Positions 24,796 through 39,170 are shown, counted from the first letter of the stretch. The stretch: 64,000 nt of DNA from Phoronis australis (GCA_002633005.1 NMRA01000464.1:62001-126000), one strand, 5' to 3'. The notes: a model not told the origin generated them from the letters alone. A program made the numbers and translations.

Positions 24796-27700
24796 CCATT
24801 TCCAAGCATCAGGATACCATAGACCACTGTGGCACCAAAGAAAATTGGTTACCTTTTCATGCCCAAAAAAGCTCTGGGATCCCGGTCTATAGCTTTGTGT
24901 TCACATGTTCTCACACTCTGATTGCCATGAATCATCAGATCGATTGACATTTCGGAAACCTCCACTCACTCGTTTGGTGCCTCGCTTGAAAAAACCGATG
25001 TCGTGAAGCAAATTCTTAAGAAGGTTTTGTGACTGTTAGGAATATCAAAGTACGGTGTGGCAAAAAAAACTTATATGGTCCGAGTTAGGAGGAATTTCTC
25101 GGATTATTTGCGTAAGTGCCTTCAGTTTGGCTTGTTCGATGTAAAATGTTTTGATAGCCTAGAGACATAGGTCCGGCCCTACGCTAAAAGAGGGCAATGT
25201 CTCTATCTCCCTCAGGGCGCTTTTGCAAAAGTAGGTTTTCCTGAATCATGATAGATGGTGCAGAAAGCGACCGAAGCTCGTTCGTTTCTTAAAAGAACCT
25301 TTAATTTAAACTACTGAACGCTGTGAAATTTGTCTCAAATTGTTCCTTAGTCACAATAGGTGCGACATCTGTACTTGGAAGGAACCGACAGCTCACCATT
25401 ACATGAGATAATGAAGGCTCTTCAAGTCTGGTCACGACAAGGCATTTTATTCATCGAGCATGGTTCGAAGCAATAACAAACTGTCAGTTCTATGCAAGAC
25501 CACAAATCATCTCTCGTCTAAATGTGGAACAAGTTGAGACTAATTGTTTTAAACCAAGGGTTATTTTTTCGATGAAACACAGGTTAACAGCGAATTTCAA
25601 GCACCAAATAATAAAACCAACATGGCCATTTAACTTTTGTCAAAACGAACTAGCACGTTTGACCAAAGCGAATAGATTCATCAACCCACTTCCGAACCGC
25701 AAAACAAAAATGAAAACAGTAAACTGAGTGTCACGAACACTTTATAGTGTAAACTTACGTTACAATCTATTTGTTCCCAAAATGTACCTTCTGTCTTTAC
25801 ACCACAAATAAGAAACGTGGCCCAGTCAGTCGCTTACAATGTTGTTCTGAATGGATCTGTAAACCATATGCATCTAAACGGAATAAACAAATTGGGCGAA
25901 CTTAAAATAAAAAACGCGATGCTACAGAACGAAATGTTTAATATCACAGCGTCGATACAATACAAAATAGCCAATTGACAAAACTGCGCCAAAACGCCAA
26001 ATTCAATCACAAAATGCGAGGGAAACATTTTGACAAATCGGTCCAATAACAGTCTCGTTCCTCTCATAATTATTCACATGTAAACATACAAAGCCTACAC
26101 AGGCACCATAAAAGTGATCTCTAACTTAATAAAGAACATTAGTCAATAGCACTTCAAACAACCGAGATAGATTTTCCCAACATACGAATAAATACTTTAA
26201 AATTTGGCATAAGTTTCGAACCAACATCAAATTTGATACAATAAACAGCCAATCAGCTGTAAGAGCCAGCGGGTTCAGGCACAGACTGGGACATCCGGCC
26301 ATCGTTCTCAGCTGCTCACAGCATTCTTAAATCCAGATAGTGTATATCCGAGGTTGTATCATTGAATTTCCACACGGTGTGCGCGATTGAGACAATGTAC
26401 ACATTTAGGAAAGTCACGATTTACCTTCCTTGTCAGATACTTTCCCCTAAGGATATACCTTAGTATTTGATTGTTATCAAAATACAATTTTCGATAGTCA
26501 ACGAACAACCAACGCAAAACACTTCACCTACCAATCAACCTTTCACTGCTTTCTGACCAACCACCAGAGGTCGCCAAACGGGAGATTCGGGAGGCACTAA
26601 CCTCGTTGTAAAACCGTTAGCTTCCCAAAACAATAAAATCAAGACTCTGAAGCAATCGGTAACAAAGTCACCCCGGGTTTTTGACTTAGAAAGCATAACT
26701 CACTTGTTGGGAAGAGTTGCAATGAATATAAAGATGATAAAACCATCTCTAAAACAAACAATTTCATTGATTAAGATGACGTAGAACGTTATCGATTTAG
26801 CCAAATATTTACAAAACCGCTTAATTCAACCTGGTAAACGTGAATATTTTCTGAAAGTAGAAAGCCAGTAAAATTTGATTTTTAACTCTTAACAAATAAA
26901 TATGTCACGTGGTCATGTCTTTTTAAAAATGTAGCAAAAAGGTACATTCAAAGCATAACAACACTACCGATAACATGGTCAAATTTCGATCGATATAAAT
27001 GTTCCAAATGAAATCTCACAAGAAGTTGTTACAGTTTTGCAAGTTATTTGGTTTTCATTAATCACGTGACTTTTCATTTTTTTCACGAAGATCACAAAAG
27101 TCCTTCATTGTGTTAGCATCTCGTGCAAAACTGGAACGTTTTAAAACAATTCCTAATAACGTTTTGGAGAACATGACATAAAGCATAGAACGTTAAAGTT
27201 TCACATGAATCTGATCAGACACTTTCGATATGATACGCCGCAGTTAGCCACATTTGGACATTCTCCAAGGGTCCTACGTAACTTTAACCAAGAGGGCGTT
27301 ACACCTGTATTGGCTCACATTTGTATGTCAAATTTACTGAAAACAGTAACACACAAAGTAATAATTTCGGTTTCTAATATTCACCTCTATCTAGCACTTT
27401 TAAAAAATCAATTATATTAAACCTTCAGTAACCGCATACGTGTGCAAAGTATTTTCCACGCGTTTCCAAGACATTTCGTCACCAAGCAACAAGAGAGGAC
27501 ACCACAGATGGGCCTTAAGATGATACTAATTCATAAAGCTCTTAAATCAAATTAAAAAACCATACACCACTAGTACTGGTTGTTCTCTGTTTGCTAGTTC
27601 GCTTTTATAATTTCCGACACAAATGTTAAGTTTTAAAACAGCAAACGACAAAAACCTAGCAAAATCCACACAAATTATGCGTGGACCCCAAATTAGACAA

Positions 27701-30650
27701 ACAACAGAGTCTCGAAAGCAACTGTCCATTCGCCCAAAAGGCGACATTCTGCGCACTGGCCAGCAGTGAAGGCTTCACAGAGTTCAAAGGTTATTTGCGA
27801 AATCGCAAATGACCACATCACGAAAGACTGCAAATTTTACCTAAGCACTTAACAGCAGCAACCGAAATATACAAAATACATACCAAATGAAAATAACAAC
27901 ACATTATATGTGTACAGAGTATACAGTGTAGATAACTCAGTTTAACTGGTGATTTCAAAACCGTTTAAGATCCAAGGACTTCAGAAAGAAAGTTTGTCAG
28001 GGACAAAATACAAACCATTCAATTAAACAGAATTGTTGACAACTATCTAACTCTAAAATGATATCAAGCTGGAAAAATAATTGGTCAAGCAATCAGTACT
28101 CTAAAACGAATACCAGCCTCCAGCACTCAGCTGTCCTAAACACAAACACCGCATTTTTGATCCTGCTAACCTTGTTATCACTTAAACACTGCTATGTACA
28201 GAGAGATCCTTAATTTTTCAAGCAATAACCGCCCATTATTCCATTATTGCTTGCAATAGATAATACTTTACTTAAAGTTCAATTCGAACACTTTCGACAT
28301 GAACTTAAACAGAAATTGTGCAATTTCAACACCTGATCGCAACAGCTAATTCCTGAACTGACATAATATTCTGATCCTGTTTACAATTTGTTCAGCTTCA
28401 TCTGACAAAACTTCGACACACACTGCACTCCAATCAAAATGCCGCCATCCGTTCTGTGCCTACGTTCCATGACTAGGTACACTAACGCCTAGCTCCAACG
28501 GTCTGCCAACTCACCAGCAAGATAATGTCATCGAAGCCTCCCTAGCAAGTGGTTTCGGAACATTTTCAATTGTCTACCAGAACAGAAGGGCGTTCCATAG
28601 AAGCGAGAATCTCGAGAAAATGCAAGAATACGCAAGATATCGCCAAGTATTACAAGCGACGCACGTGACCTCACAAGCTTCCTTAGAGAGATTCTTGCAT
28701 CTGTGAAACTACCCTGTACTCAGTGGTGCACAAGGCTACTACACAACCCTGCCACTCAGCAGTACTTCTCAGAATGCACTCGAAAAGTTGACAGAAATGG
28801 AAAACTGAGAAGAAACCAACCAAATAACTAGTAGACACGTTTTACAATGCAAAAGATGCCCATGAATGACGATGTCGCACTCAAGGCAAAGTCTATGACT
28901 GGGGACTTCGGAGAACGAGTTTTGTATGACATAGTATTTACAGAACCATACATGACAAAAACAAATGTTACCCGAATCCCAGGCGAAAATTAATGGAGGC
29001 TGAAAAGTCACACAACAGTAAATCATCAAGTTGGAAACGTTGAGCAAGACGAGTATGGCTTTTAACCACCAGCGCGGGCGTAGGAAGTTGTTGGCAACAG
29101 GAATAGGGGTGTTGATGGTGAAGGCCGCGACTGCCAGTCGACAATTGGGGTGTGAAAAGCTGGGAAACATGGTAACTTGGCAACAATTCTGACTAAGGGA
29201 AAACTTGGGGCAAAGTACCACCTTCTAAGATACTGCCAAGCTGCTTAGTTATTCCAAAACCCCATACATGAAAAGTGCTACCATTCATTTTTATAACATC
29301 AGGGAGTCTTCAACTGCTAACAAAACTGACCAGCAATAACCTACATGCGAAAAATTCCGGTCTTCATATTCCAGATCATGACCAGCATACACTGCCGTGT
29401 CAGGGAAGGAAATCAGTTGGTCAGAGACCGGGATTGTGAAAAACATGTCTAAACATTCTGGCTCACCCATGGAAATCGTCACACACATTTGCTCCATGTT
29501 GCCATGAACCTGAATCATTAAAGCTGCATTTCGTCCTGTTTAACCAACAGATAAAAGAAAATCGAAAAGGACCCTAGTTTTACTCTAATAAAACCAGGAT
29601 TAAAAATTCCTTACCATGACAGGAATTGTTTTCTTTTACCAAGAACATACCTTCAACAGGTAAAAAAATCATTGATTTTATTGGGGTTGGCCAACCCGGA
29701 AGTTCAGAAATGGCCTGCAGGATATTTCATTGAAAAATAATAGGGGACACAAGAATGACCATTTCTCTTGAGTACATCACAGCTAAGGTCTGGTCTTGGC
29801 TCTTGAGTTAAGAACTCAAAATAGATTTACAGTGACAATTAAATAGGGCAAAATGCAACTTTAACTGAATGGGATGCACTGCAGTGAGTAAACTTAAACA
29901 ATTGAAGGCAAATGAAACACAAGACCTCTTCATACCAAGTTCCCACAGATACCAGAGCAGCATTGATGTAAACTGCAAAGTTAGTTGAACCTTTCAGATG
30001 GGCTTCGTAGTTAATGGACACTGAAACTACAGCAGTTCCACTTGGGAGTCATTGATGCTCTCCAACAGGGTGCTCTGAAATTTTTAGCAGGCGTAATTTG
30101 TTTAAATGTGAAGTATGCTATACCTGGTGGACACGAAATGAGATGTTAGAGAATGGAGAATATTTGAAAGAAAACCAATTAATACCACAATACGACAGTG
30201 ACACCTTTGGATAACTCCAATGAAACTCAAGTTTACTATTCGTATTGCTTTGAAGCCTGGATGCTCTGCTATTAAATCCATCAGTTTAAGGCAAAATTAA
30301 CTTGCATGGTTAACTGGTCCAGGACCAAAGCTTTCCGTTCATACAGATCAACACTTCCCAAAACATCAATGCATTGGTATGAAAGGCGGTAAAAATGAGT
30401 CGAAACAATTGGGAATGCAAATCATATGGTTAACGCAACATGGCTTAAGAACGTTTAAGCTATTTTGAACAGAAAAACACTCAGGCAACTATAGAACAAT
30501 GGTTGACATCATCTCTTGGTGATCACAACACTTGGTACAGTCCACAGACACTTTCTTCCTCATCTTCAACAAGCACTAAAATTTCTGTTTTTATGAGATC
30601 TAGTCAATTAAGTTCTTCCATCTCCAAATTATGACCTCTGCTCAAACTTA

Positions 30651-33233
30651 TCAAGATGGCCAACCAACATCATTTTCCTTTGCTGATGGTGAGACGGTGC
30701 ATTTGAGAAAAGCAGTTTCGTCAAACGAGACACTGTTTTCAGACTTGACACTCCCTTCATCCATAAAAGAGGAATCCACACTGTCTATGCTCGTACAGGA
30801 AATGTTCCTTTGTTTTTTCAAACCACTACGCCGCATGCTGAAATTGCGGCTTATGGTGGGGTCTCCGAGATAGTCACTCTCGAGGGAAATAGTCCGGTTG
30901 TTTCGGTGTTGCAAGAACGCCTCCCGACCCTCGTCTCCAGACGGAGGTGCAGATACATTCTCAGACCCGCCCCTCGCTGTGAGGATAGGAGACACACCCT
31001 CATGCGTTTGGCTCTCCTCAGAGTTGGCTCTCCGTGGCACTGGGGATTTGGGCAGCCCCAGCAGTAACTGTTCATCTAGACTGCCAGCTGGTGACCAAAT
31101 ACTTGGGCGCGGACTTGGAACATCGTCCGAATCCACTGTTGAAGAAGATGTTGATCTACCAGGGATTTGTAGAAAGATGTTGGACTTGTTGTCGCCAGAA
31201 GTCACCCTATCCTCACGGCTCCTCTTTGGACTACGTTCTCCCTGCTGTAGTCTACCGTCTACTGGCCAGTTGTGTGATGCACCAGCCAGGTCCACAGAGC
31301 CGTCCCCACTGAGGGATCGCCCGCTGAGGTCTGATTCTAAGCTATCCGAGCTGCCGTAGGAGCCCATACGCGAATCCTTTTCCAAGTCGACACTGTCCAA
31401 ACTTGACACACTCATATTGCCATGACCTGTATCTGCCGACTCCATTGAGTCCACACTGGATAGAGAACACTTGCGTATGTCGTCCTTGGACACATTTTTT
31501 AGCCCACCTCGTCGTGGCCACTGCTTGGAGTGTATCCGCATGTGTCTAGTGATCATGTCGCGCCGGCATGCCGCATACGGACATTGTGGACACTTGTAGG
31601 GCTTCTCACCTGTGTGCGTGCGCTGGTGAGTGTTGAGGTGGTCACTACGGCTAAATACCTGGCCACAGACCTGGCACTCGTATGGCTTCAGTCCTGTGTG
31701 AAGTCGCATATGCCGTGTCAGCATGTCACTGCGAGCGAACGCCCGGTTACACACCTTACAGTAATGAATCTTGTTGTTGTTGCCTGAGCGGACCGTCTCC
31801 GTAGGCAGGTGTTTCGCCATATGCTTTGCCAGATTATCGAATGAGGAGAAGATCTGGCCACAAATGGGACAGATGAACGTGTTGTCCATCTTGCCTCCTG
31901 TGCCATTGCTGTTGTTATTGTTGTTGTTGTTATGACGATGGCGTTGGGCCTCTGCCAGATCATTGTATAACTGAGGAGAGAAGAGATACTTAGGAGGGTA
32001 TGTGGACGGATTGTCTTGCAGGCCCAGCGGGAACCCTGATGTGGGAGTCCTCGGGAGGGTTTTGTGACTGCCCTCTCCAGGCGGTATGACCAGCGGGCTA
32101 AATGTGAATACGTTTTGTGGATGATACTCCTTCATGTTAGATGGTGATTTATTGGGCGATGCCGGACTTGGTATGGACAGAGTGTTGGTGCTGTTGGCCT
32201 GCAGAGGGAGCTGCTCCGACAAACACTCAAGCCTTGAATCTGGAATGTAACGAGGGGACCTCGGCGAGCGTGGTGGTGTGAACTGCCGTGCCCCATCCCC
32301 GGGAAAGCGGAAGACACCACCGTCTCCATCAAACTGCAGAGGCAGTGAGAATGACTGTGGCGTGAGTGGCGAGAACACATCTGGTGCATCTGACAGTGAT
32401 TCTAGCGAATGGCGACTTAACAACATGGGAGAATGACGTGGTGAATATGGCTCCTGCTTAATATGAACGCCATCTGAAAGTTGTTTCTCTGCGGCCACCG
32501 AGCCGTGATTAGTCCACCACTGCAACAGATTATTGCAGCCTCCTTCGCTTATTGTACTCAGACTCTGGCTCTGCCGTTGGAGGATAGGTCGCGATTTTAC
32601 CGGCGACTCATAGTAGTCCGCACTTTTCGACCTTAATTTAAATTCCTCCCTTTGCACAGCAGCAGACACACAAGTTGCTGTTGGCTGCCGGTTTGTGTCT
32701 GCCTCACTATCTTCACTACTCTGACTAGACAGATAGCGAGCGCGCAACTTCTTTTTGTAAAAAACATCCTTGCCGTCCCGCCTCGACTCCTCGGCCTCCT
32801 GCGGCATGGGCGACTCCTGTGAGCCAAGATCGGTACTATCCGTGCTGCAGCTGCTTGTTGAGCATGAGCGTGCCTTATCCAGTAAGTGAGGAATGACAGG
32901 AGACAATGAGTTGCGGTCCTCCATAACATCACTATTATTGCCCTGAAGGCTCTCCTCACTATATGGTTCTATGTGAAGTTTGGGTACAGGCCAGGGCTTC
33001 AGCAGCCGCATTTTTCGCTGCTGCCAGTCTGGCGACCCAATTACATTAGTCTTTCTGCTGTCGCCTTCATCAAGTTCAGCATCCTCTGATGAGTCGCGTG
33101 AGTCAACAGCCTCCTGTTTGTTGTCTCGGTCACCTGTTACTAATGCCATGGTAGCAGGCGAACGTGACTGGTTGAGGGCATTAGTGTTCCACACTATAAC
33201 ACTGGTCTTCTCATGTTTACAATCTTGTTCCAT
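30651..33233 (-). CDS. klu: Klumpfuss-like (EGR/WT1-related) C2H2 zinc-finger transcription factor, about 860 aa in a single exon
   Basis: One divergent finger plus three tandem fingers FARSDMLTRHMRLHTGLKPY, FSRSDHLNTHQRTHTGEKPY, CPQCPYAACRRDMITRHMRIH, matching Drosophila Klumpfuss fingers as recalled; first ATG 33233, splice acceptor at ~33285-33291. Confidence 0.9.
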   Translation of the reverse strand: MEQDCKHEKTSVIVWNTNALNQSRSPATMALVTGDRDNKQEAVDSRDSSEDAELDEGDSRKTNVIGSPDWQQRKMRLLKPWPVPKLHIEPYSEESLQGNNSDVMEDRNSLSPVIPHLLDKARSCSTSSCSTDSTDLGSQESPMPQEAEESRRDGKDVFYKKKLRARYLSSQSSEDSEADTNRQPTATCVSAAVQREEFKLRSKSADYYESPVKSRPILQRQSQSLSTISEGGCNNLLQWWTNHGSVAAEKQLSDGVHIKQEPYSPRHSPMLLSRHSLESLSDAPDVFSPLTPQSFSLPLQFDGDGGVFRFPGDGARQFTPPRSPRSPRYIPDSRLECLSEQLPLQANSTNTLSIPSPASPNKSPSNMKEYHPQNVFTFSPLVIPPGEGSHKTLPRTPTSGFPLGLQDNPSTYPPKYLFSPQLYNDLAEAQRHRHNNNNNNNSNGTGGKMDNTFICPICGQIFSSFDNLAKHMAKHLPTETVRSGNNNKIHYCKVCNRAFARSDMLTRHMRLHTGLKPYECQVCGQVFSRSDHLNTHQRTHTGEKPYKCPQCPYAACRRDMITRHMRIHSKQWPRRGGLKNVSKDDIRKCSLSSVDSMESADTGHGNMSVSSLDSVDLEKDSRMGSYGSSDSLESDLSGRSLSGDGSVDLAGASHNWPVDGRLQQGERSPKRSREDRVTSGDNKSNIFLQIPGRSTSSSTVDSDDVPSPRPSIWSPAGSLDEQLLLGLPKSPVPRRANSEESQTHEGVSPILTARGGSENVSAPPSGDEGREAFLQHRNNRTISLESDYLGDPTISRNFSMRRSGLKKQRNISCTSIDSVDSSFMDEGSVKSENSVSFDETAFLKCTVSPSAKENDVGWPS

Positions 33234-36200
33234 GACTTTGGCGCTACTCAACCTCCATGTCCTCAGAGGATGAATTGTTGGTGTCTAACTGAAATGGACA
33301 ATACAGGTAGCATTACAATTACAGTACAGAACACTCTTCTATTTCTCAACCAAATAGGGCACAATTATCATTAAAAAACTTAAGAAGTAAAATTCTCAGA
33401 ATTTTAACCAGTAATCAGCCCTCGAAAAAATGAAAATTTTATCAATTCTTTTTATCCAAAGTTGAAGACAGCCCACTTTACACTAAGAGTTTACCCAGTC
33501 TAAACAACAGATGTCAAGCAGTGACATTGCAGCACACTGCTTATTTGTCACCATTTTTCAAACTTGTTCTATCAACTTCATATAGGACGGAATTATTCAA
33601 ATTCAAATCATATTTGATACCTTTTCAGATGATGCTTTCTAGAAGAATCAAAAAATGAACTTTCAAACTGACCAAAATCATTCTCCTAAGGAAAGTGTCT
33701 GAAAGTGTTTGGCAGATGACATAAGTGTAGAATGGCATTCCACGACGAGCTTTGTGCACTTCCAAAAAACATCCTACCCCTCGCGACTGCTGCTCTATTT
33801 ACTATAGTCAGTTACGGGGGTCCTGGATTTTGAGAACCAGTTTTATGCCTATTATTCAGTGCAAAAAATGTTCCCAAAATTTGGGGCCCCTAAGTGACCA
33901 TCACCAGTCCTTCTACACTACTGCTTCTGTCACAAAAGTATCACACCAGGAGTAATTGTAAATTTATTGATGTGAACTTGGGACGAAAAAATCAAATGCT
34001 GAAAGCCAAACAACATTGTGATAAGCCTCTTCAAAATTCCACAGATTAGATAATTATTTTCCTAAGTACCTGAGGAAATTCTGTAGCTTTATATGACTAA
34101 TATACGGAGGATACGATACTGGAAATAATTTTCAAGATAAAAATGCTGGGGATTCTACAGTGCATTTCCCATAACCGACAAAATCAAATGACCCTTCATT
34201 AACAAATTGTGAAAATTTTACAACTTTCAACATGTTCAGGTGTTTAAGGAATCCCTTTCCTAATTTCTGCCTTGTGTTGTATCAACTAGATCCTTGTTAA
34301 ATATGTAGAGCCCATAAGAATATTATTCATTTATTGCATAATTTGTTGATTAGATCTCACTAAATATGATCAAGGGCTTGTTTTATGAAAGGTCATTCCC
34401 CAAGCCACAGCTAAACTGTTGCATCCCAGCTTTTATGACTCATATCTGTGATCCAAATTTCTTACTGTTTGTAAATCTCCTTCCACCAGGTGGCACAACG
34501 GTGAGAATCATGCAACAACAGAGGCATATTAAAATTTTAAAACTTCAGATAATGAAAAATGTGGTCAATTTAGAACACTTCATGGCAGAAAAGTGTAAGT
34601 CTGACATCTAGAAGATGTTACTTCGCAACCAGGCAAACAGGGTCTACAGTTTCTAAATTAGTCATCAGACAACAGGTCAAGTTAATGTACGCCCTGTTGG
34701 AAAAAGGAAAAATCGTTAAACTTTATTTCAAAATTGGGTATGCTTCACCATTGTATATTTAGCTCCTCAATATCAGTTTTTAACCTGAATTTAAAACAAA
34801 GTGAAGTCCATAGTCATAAACTATGCAACAGTAGTATATAGAATATTACAGGCACTTCAGATGTCATGACATCATCAAGGTTTTCTAGCAGCAAGCTCCA
34901 GGGAATCTAACAAAAAATAAGCTTGATTTCTTCGGTCTGTCCAAGTACCCCAGCAAGAGCAGTTTGTAAATAGAAAATGCTTAAGTTTGTGTAAGGAAAC
35001 TGTCCAAAGTTGACTAATTTCAAAACATATTTTAGAAATGGACGATTGGATTCATAAACTTTCACAGATACTATTGCTGTATGCACTGTTCTCCAAAACA
35101 TTAGTTTTTAAACTGATCCCTTTTTGCAAGAAAGGGTATAAAAACTAGACTTTTATGAAAAAACACGAAAAGTTGGATGAAAAATGTTACAGCACTTTTG
35201 CGCATTAATATCAAAAGAAATTTGGTCTTGTTATTGAAGCCATAGTTTTATTATGAATGTACCTTTTTCTGATAAATTTTACTAAAAATATGGCCATGTA
35301 ACCCAATCAATGGCAGTCAAAATCTAATTCTACAGGTTTTCTAATTTCACAAAACATATAATTTTACGGAGTTCAATTTTATAGTTTTGTACATATTTGG
35401 CTGAAGGCACAAATTTGTTCATAGGGTACAACATAACTAATGAGTTCTAAATCTTTCTCAAAAAGTAGGATGGGGAAAACTAGGGCAGCTTTTGTTGCAA
35501 ATTATCCATAAACACAAAAATCAACCATGGAAGGTTGAGCACGAAACTGTTTTCAATTTCATAATGTATGGTAATCCTCCACTTATCTCACACAAAATAC
35601 AAATAAATTAAATATTTTTTCGATAGTTGGACGCTGAAATATACAGTCTTGGTGCATGATGGGTGGGAGAAATTAATTGAGCAACCAAGCACGGTCAACT
35701 GGCCTTGTGCCAATGTAATCAAGTGTGACCAATAGGTTGCCAACCTAATTCACTTCACAGTTATTAACTTACATTAACCTGTTCCAATGTAAAAGTAATT
35801 CACCCCATTGTTGGGGGAAATGATCTATTCAGCAAACACTCATCGTGGTTACCCCTTTCACCTCAAGTTTCCAACAGTACGAGATATCATACGTCAAGTG
35901 GTGAATATAGTGCACACACCTTGTTAACACAACAAAAAAGGCGTACATAACTACAATCAACAGTAGCACTTTGCCTGCAAAAGAGACCAAGTGCGAATTA
36001 GGCGAGGAAATTGGCCATGTTCTTTCATGCAAAATAAATGAGGGACAAAATATTATTTTCCAAAAAATTGGGTGCGCGAAATAAGGCGAGTGTGCTAATT
36101 TAGTGGCGAATTACTGTGCATTTTGAAAAACAATAGCTCACTGTAAGTGGTTCAGAAACAGAAAACAGTCCAAGAGGTTGAAACAATTGCAGTATCAGCT

Positions 36201-39170
36201 GATACTAGATTAGGTAACAACTCTTAAACGTGTATATTTTGGTTAAAAATTTAGAATTTCCAATACAAAACTATTTTTAAAACATGTGGTGCTTTAAACG
36301 TAAATGAACGGATTATTGCATAACATCATACTTTCAACTATGTACTTTTAAGTCTCACAAGAGATAACATCAGCAAATGACTTGCTAGGATTAAAACGCT
36401 TACCCAGTCCCAGCACACAGTCCTACAAGAAGCATCACCTGTATAATCAGATGACAACTACTTGATTAACTGAGACAGTCGCGTGTATTTATTAAAAAGC
36501 CAGAAAGCATGCGCACTCTACTGACGCAGTTTTCCATTTTTTTAATCACTAGATGATGACGCTTGCAAACTGGTATCATGCCCAAAGACTTGAACAAATC
36601 AAATTAAGTGTGGCTTAATTCAGAAGCAGTTAGCGCCTATTGTCAATTGATAATGCCAAACGCCTTCAACACTGAGAGGAAATGAACACCCACTTCCCAA
36701 ATGCAACAGAGAAAATACGAATTGATTAAGAATTGGGAGATGTGAAAAAGCACATACACTCAATGATACAAATATAAATATACCGATTACAATGTTACTA
36801 AATAGAAATATACCAATACAAATATACTAATTTAAAAACCAACAGCCTTCAAACATGATCACGTGTAACAACCAAAATTATCAAATTCTAATTATTCACA
36901 ACAACAAAGGAAATTACAGTGCCTATTTTCACTAATAACAAAAATATTTTCTGTTAAACACTAATTGCCTTGGACAGCTAATGCCCACTCCTTACTAATG
37001 ACAACTGAAAAATACGCCCCTAACTACGCCCTTCTTAATTAAAGTACTGTCCGCGTCAATAGGATGTGTGATTTCCATCCTACAAAGGTTGTGGTTTTCA
37101 ATGTACAGTACAAGACAAAAGAAATCAGACAAAATATAGTTTCCCCAGTCATTATGGCTAATTTTGTTTACAACAAAAATTTTTGGTAATGAATAACATA
37201 GTATCAACATTTTAATAACAGAATATCTTAGCCACCTAAACTCCACTTCTTTCTCTACCTTGAGGGAAGGCTGAGTGAGGATATTGCGAATTAAAGCAAT
37301 CTTCAATTGATTTTAATGGCAGACAATTGCTATTTCTCCCAAGTGAGGGTAATGCTTTTCATGTCACAAGCAAATGCATTTTACAGATGCGAAGTCCCCA
37401 TGTTCAAACCACATTTCCATGAAAATTGGCTTCTAAATTTGGCTAATTCTGCAAATCGGATATGAGCTAAATTCATTTAAAAACTATGAAAACTGATGTC
37501 CAGAGGGAGCAATAGTGCAAATAATATTTCCATGGGTTGGTTAAATCAAACCTTAAAAAGACGCATCTTTATTTTTCACAATAAAATGCAAATTTAATGA
37601 CCTTCTGAAGTTATGAGTGCCACCTGGTGGTGTAACTTGGAACTATCACTCCAAACATTTTATGTTAAGTTGCAAAAAGATGCTACCAAATTGACTACGT
37701 TACCAGTTGATTTGGCAACACATTTACAAATCTTTCGTAGGGAGCACTTGTTTTTAAAATAGCTTCTTTAAATACATGATGGTGATCAAGACTCACTATA
37801 TTGCTTCAAGATCTTATATACTTTTAGAACGTACAAACAAGTGCATTACATCAATACAACAGTTATGTTAGTTGGAAACCATTTTTAATTCGAACGAAAC
37901 TTAGTCAACCTTAAAATTTCGAGTGACGAATCAGTCTTGCTGTCTTAGCAATCAGTTCATTAAGTACAACAGCAAGTCACAGAGAGAGATCCAAAAAATG
38001 TTTAACAGCACTGACCGATCGTTCCAAATTCAATAAATTTCATACCGATTACATGTGATTTCCCTTTTCCCATTCATGTTGGAAACCAACTGCTTCCATG
38101 GCAACGAAACAATGAGACCAGTTTGATGGTGGCAATAAGCCATTTTGATTACATTTTAGGCTGTAAGGAAGAAGGCCCATGTAATACGTTGAGACAGGTA
38201 CCTTACCTGTTGTAATGAGCTCCAGTGGGGTCTACCCGTTCAGGTAAAGCATGATGACATCCATTCTATAACAGAGCCACCACATCGCCTGTTGACGCCA
38301 GCATCAACTTATGACTCATCCTGGAGAAACACAGACTAGCCATAACACTGTGCAAAGAAATACATGTTCACTTCAGGACACTACATGGTGGAAAGGAAAA
38401 ATTTTGTTTGCATAGTTCTTAATAAAAAGAAACATTACCCAAGTATCACTTTCTTTTTAGCAGGTTTAGTCTGTACAGTTGTCTTCAAGCAAGGTTTTGA
38501 CACATTTTTTAGCAGTTCCAGGACAGCAAGCCTTTGCAAAATAGTAAAGCATCAATCAGATCAATACTTTTTGCCCAAAATTGAACAGTGTCATCGCATG
38601 TTAGGTTGACAAAAACAAATTTCGTTCCACTTAGATTTTGCAACTCTTAATTGCAGAATTCAGATTTCACATTACTTCAAAGAAAATAAATCTGAAACTA
38701 AATAAGGCGATCCAGATCCTCCAAGGATACTATTGTTTCACGAAATGTAGAATATAAATAGGTAAATAAAACAACAAGAATGGATCAACTAATGACTCAT
38801 CCTATTTATATTCCATTATGTAAGATGATGTCTTTCTAAAGACAATTCGTGGAATTCCAGCCAGAGCACTGAAGTCATTTCTTAAATGCACTGTGGTAAG
38901 GTTATAGAATGTAAATATAGGGTGACATCACAAGTGCTGATGTGCAAACATTATGACAGAAAACGTGACTTGAGTGTACTAACATTGAAATCAATGGTCC
39001 ACTGCAACATGCACATATGACTAAGCAACCATCATACAAAAATAAAGAATTGCAATTGAGCCTCAAATATTTCAAATTAAAACATTAATTTGCAAATAGT
39101 TAGCGCAAAAGATTCTAGAGGCAACCCCTATCCCATCAGGCTGAAACAGAAATTACAAATCAGGTTACCG

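Noticed and set aside
30631-33273. Multiple overlapping ORFs on both strands within klu
   Set aside because: Shadow ORFs of a GC-rich coding exon with no recognisable motifs
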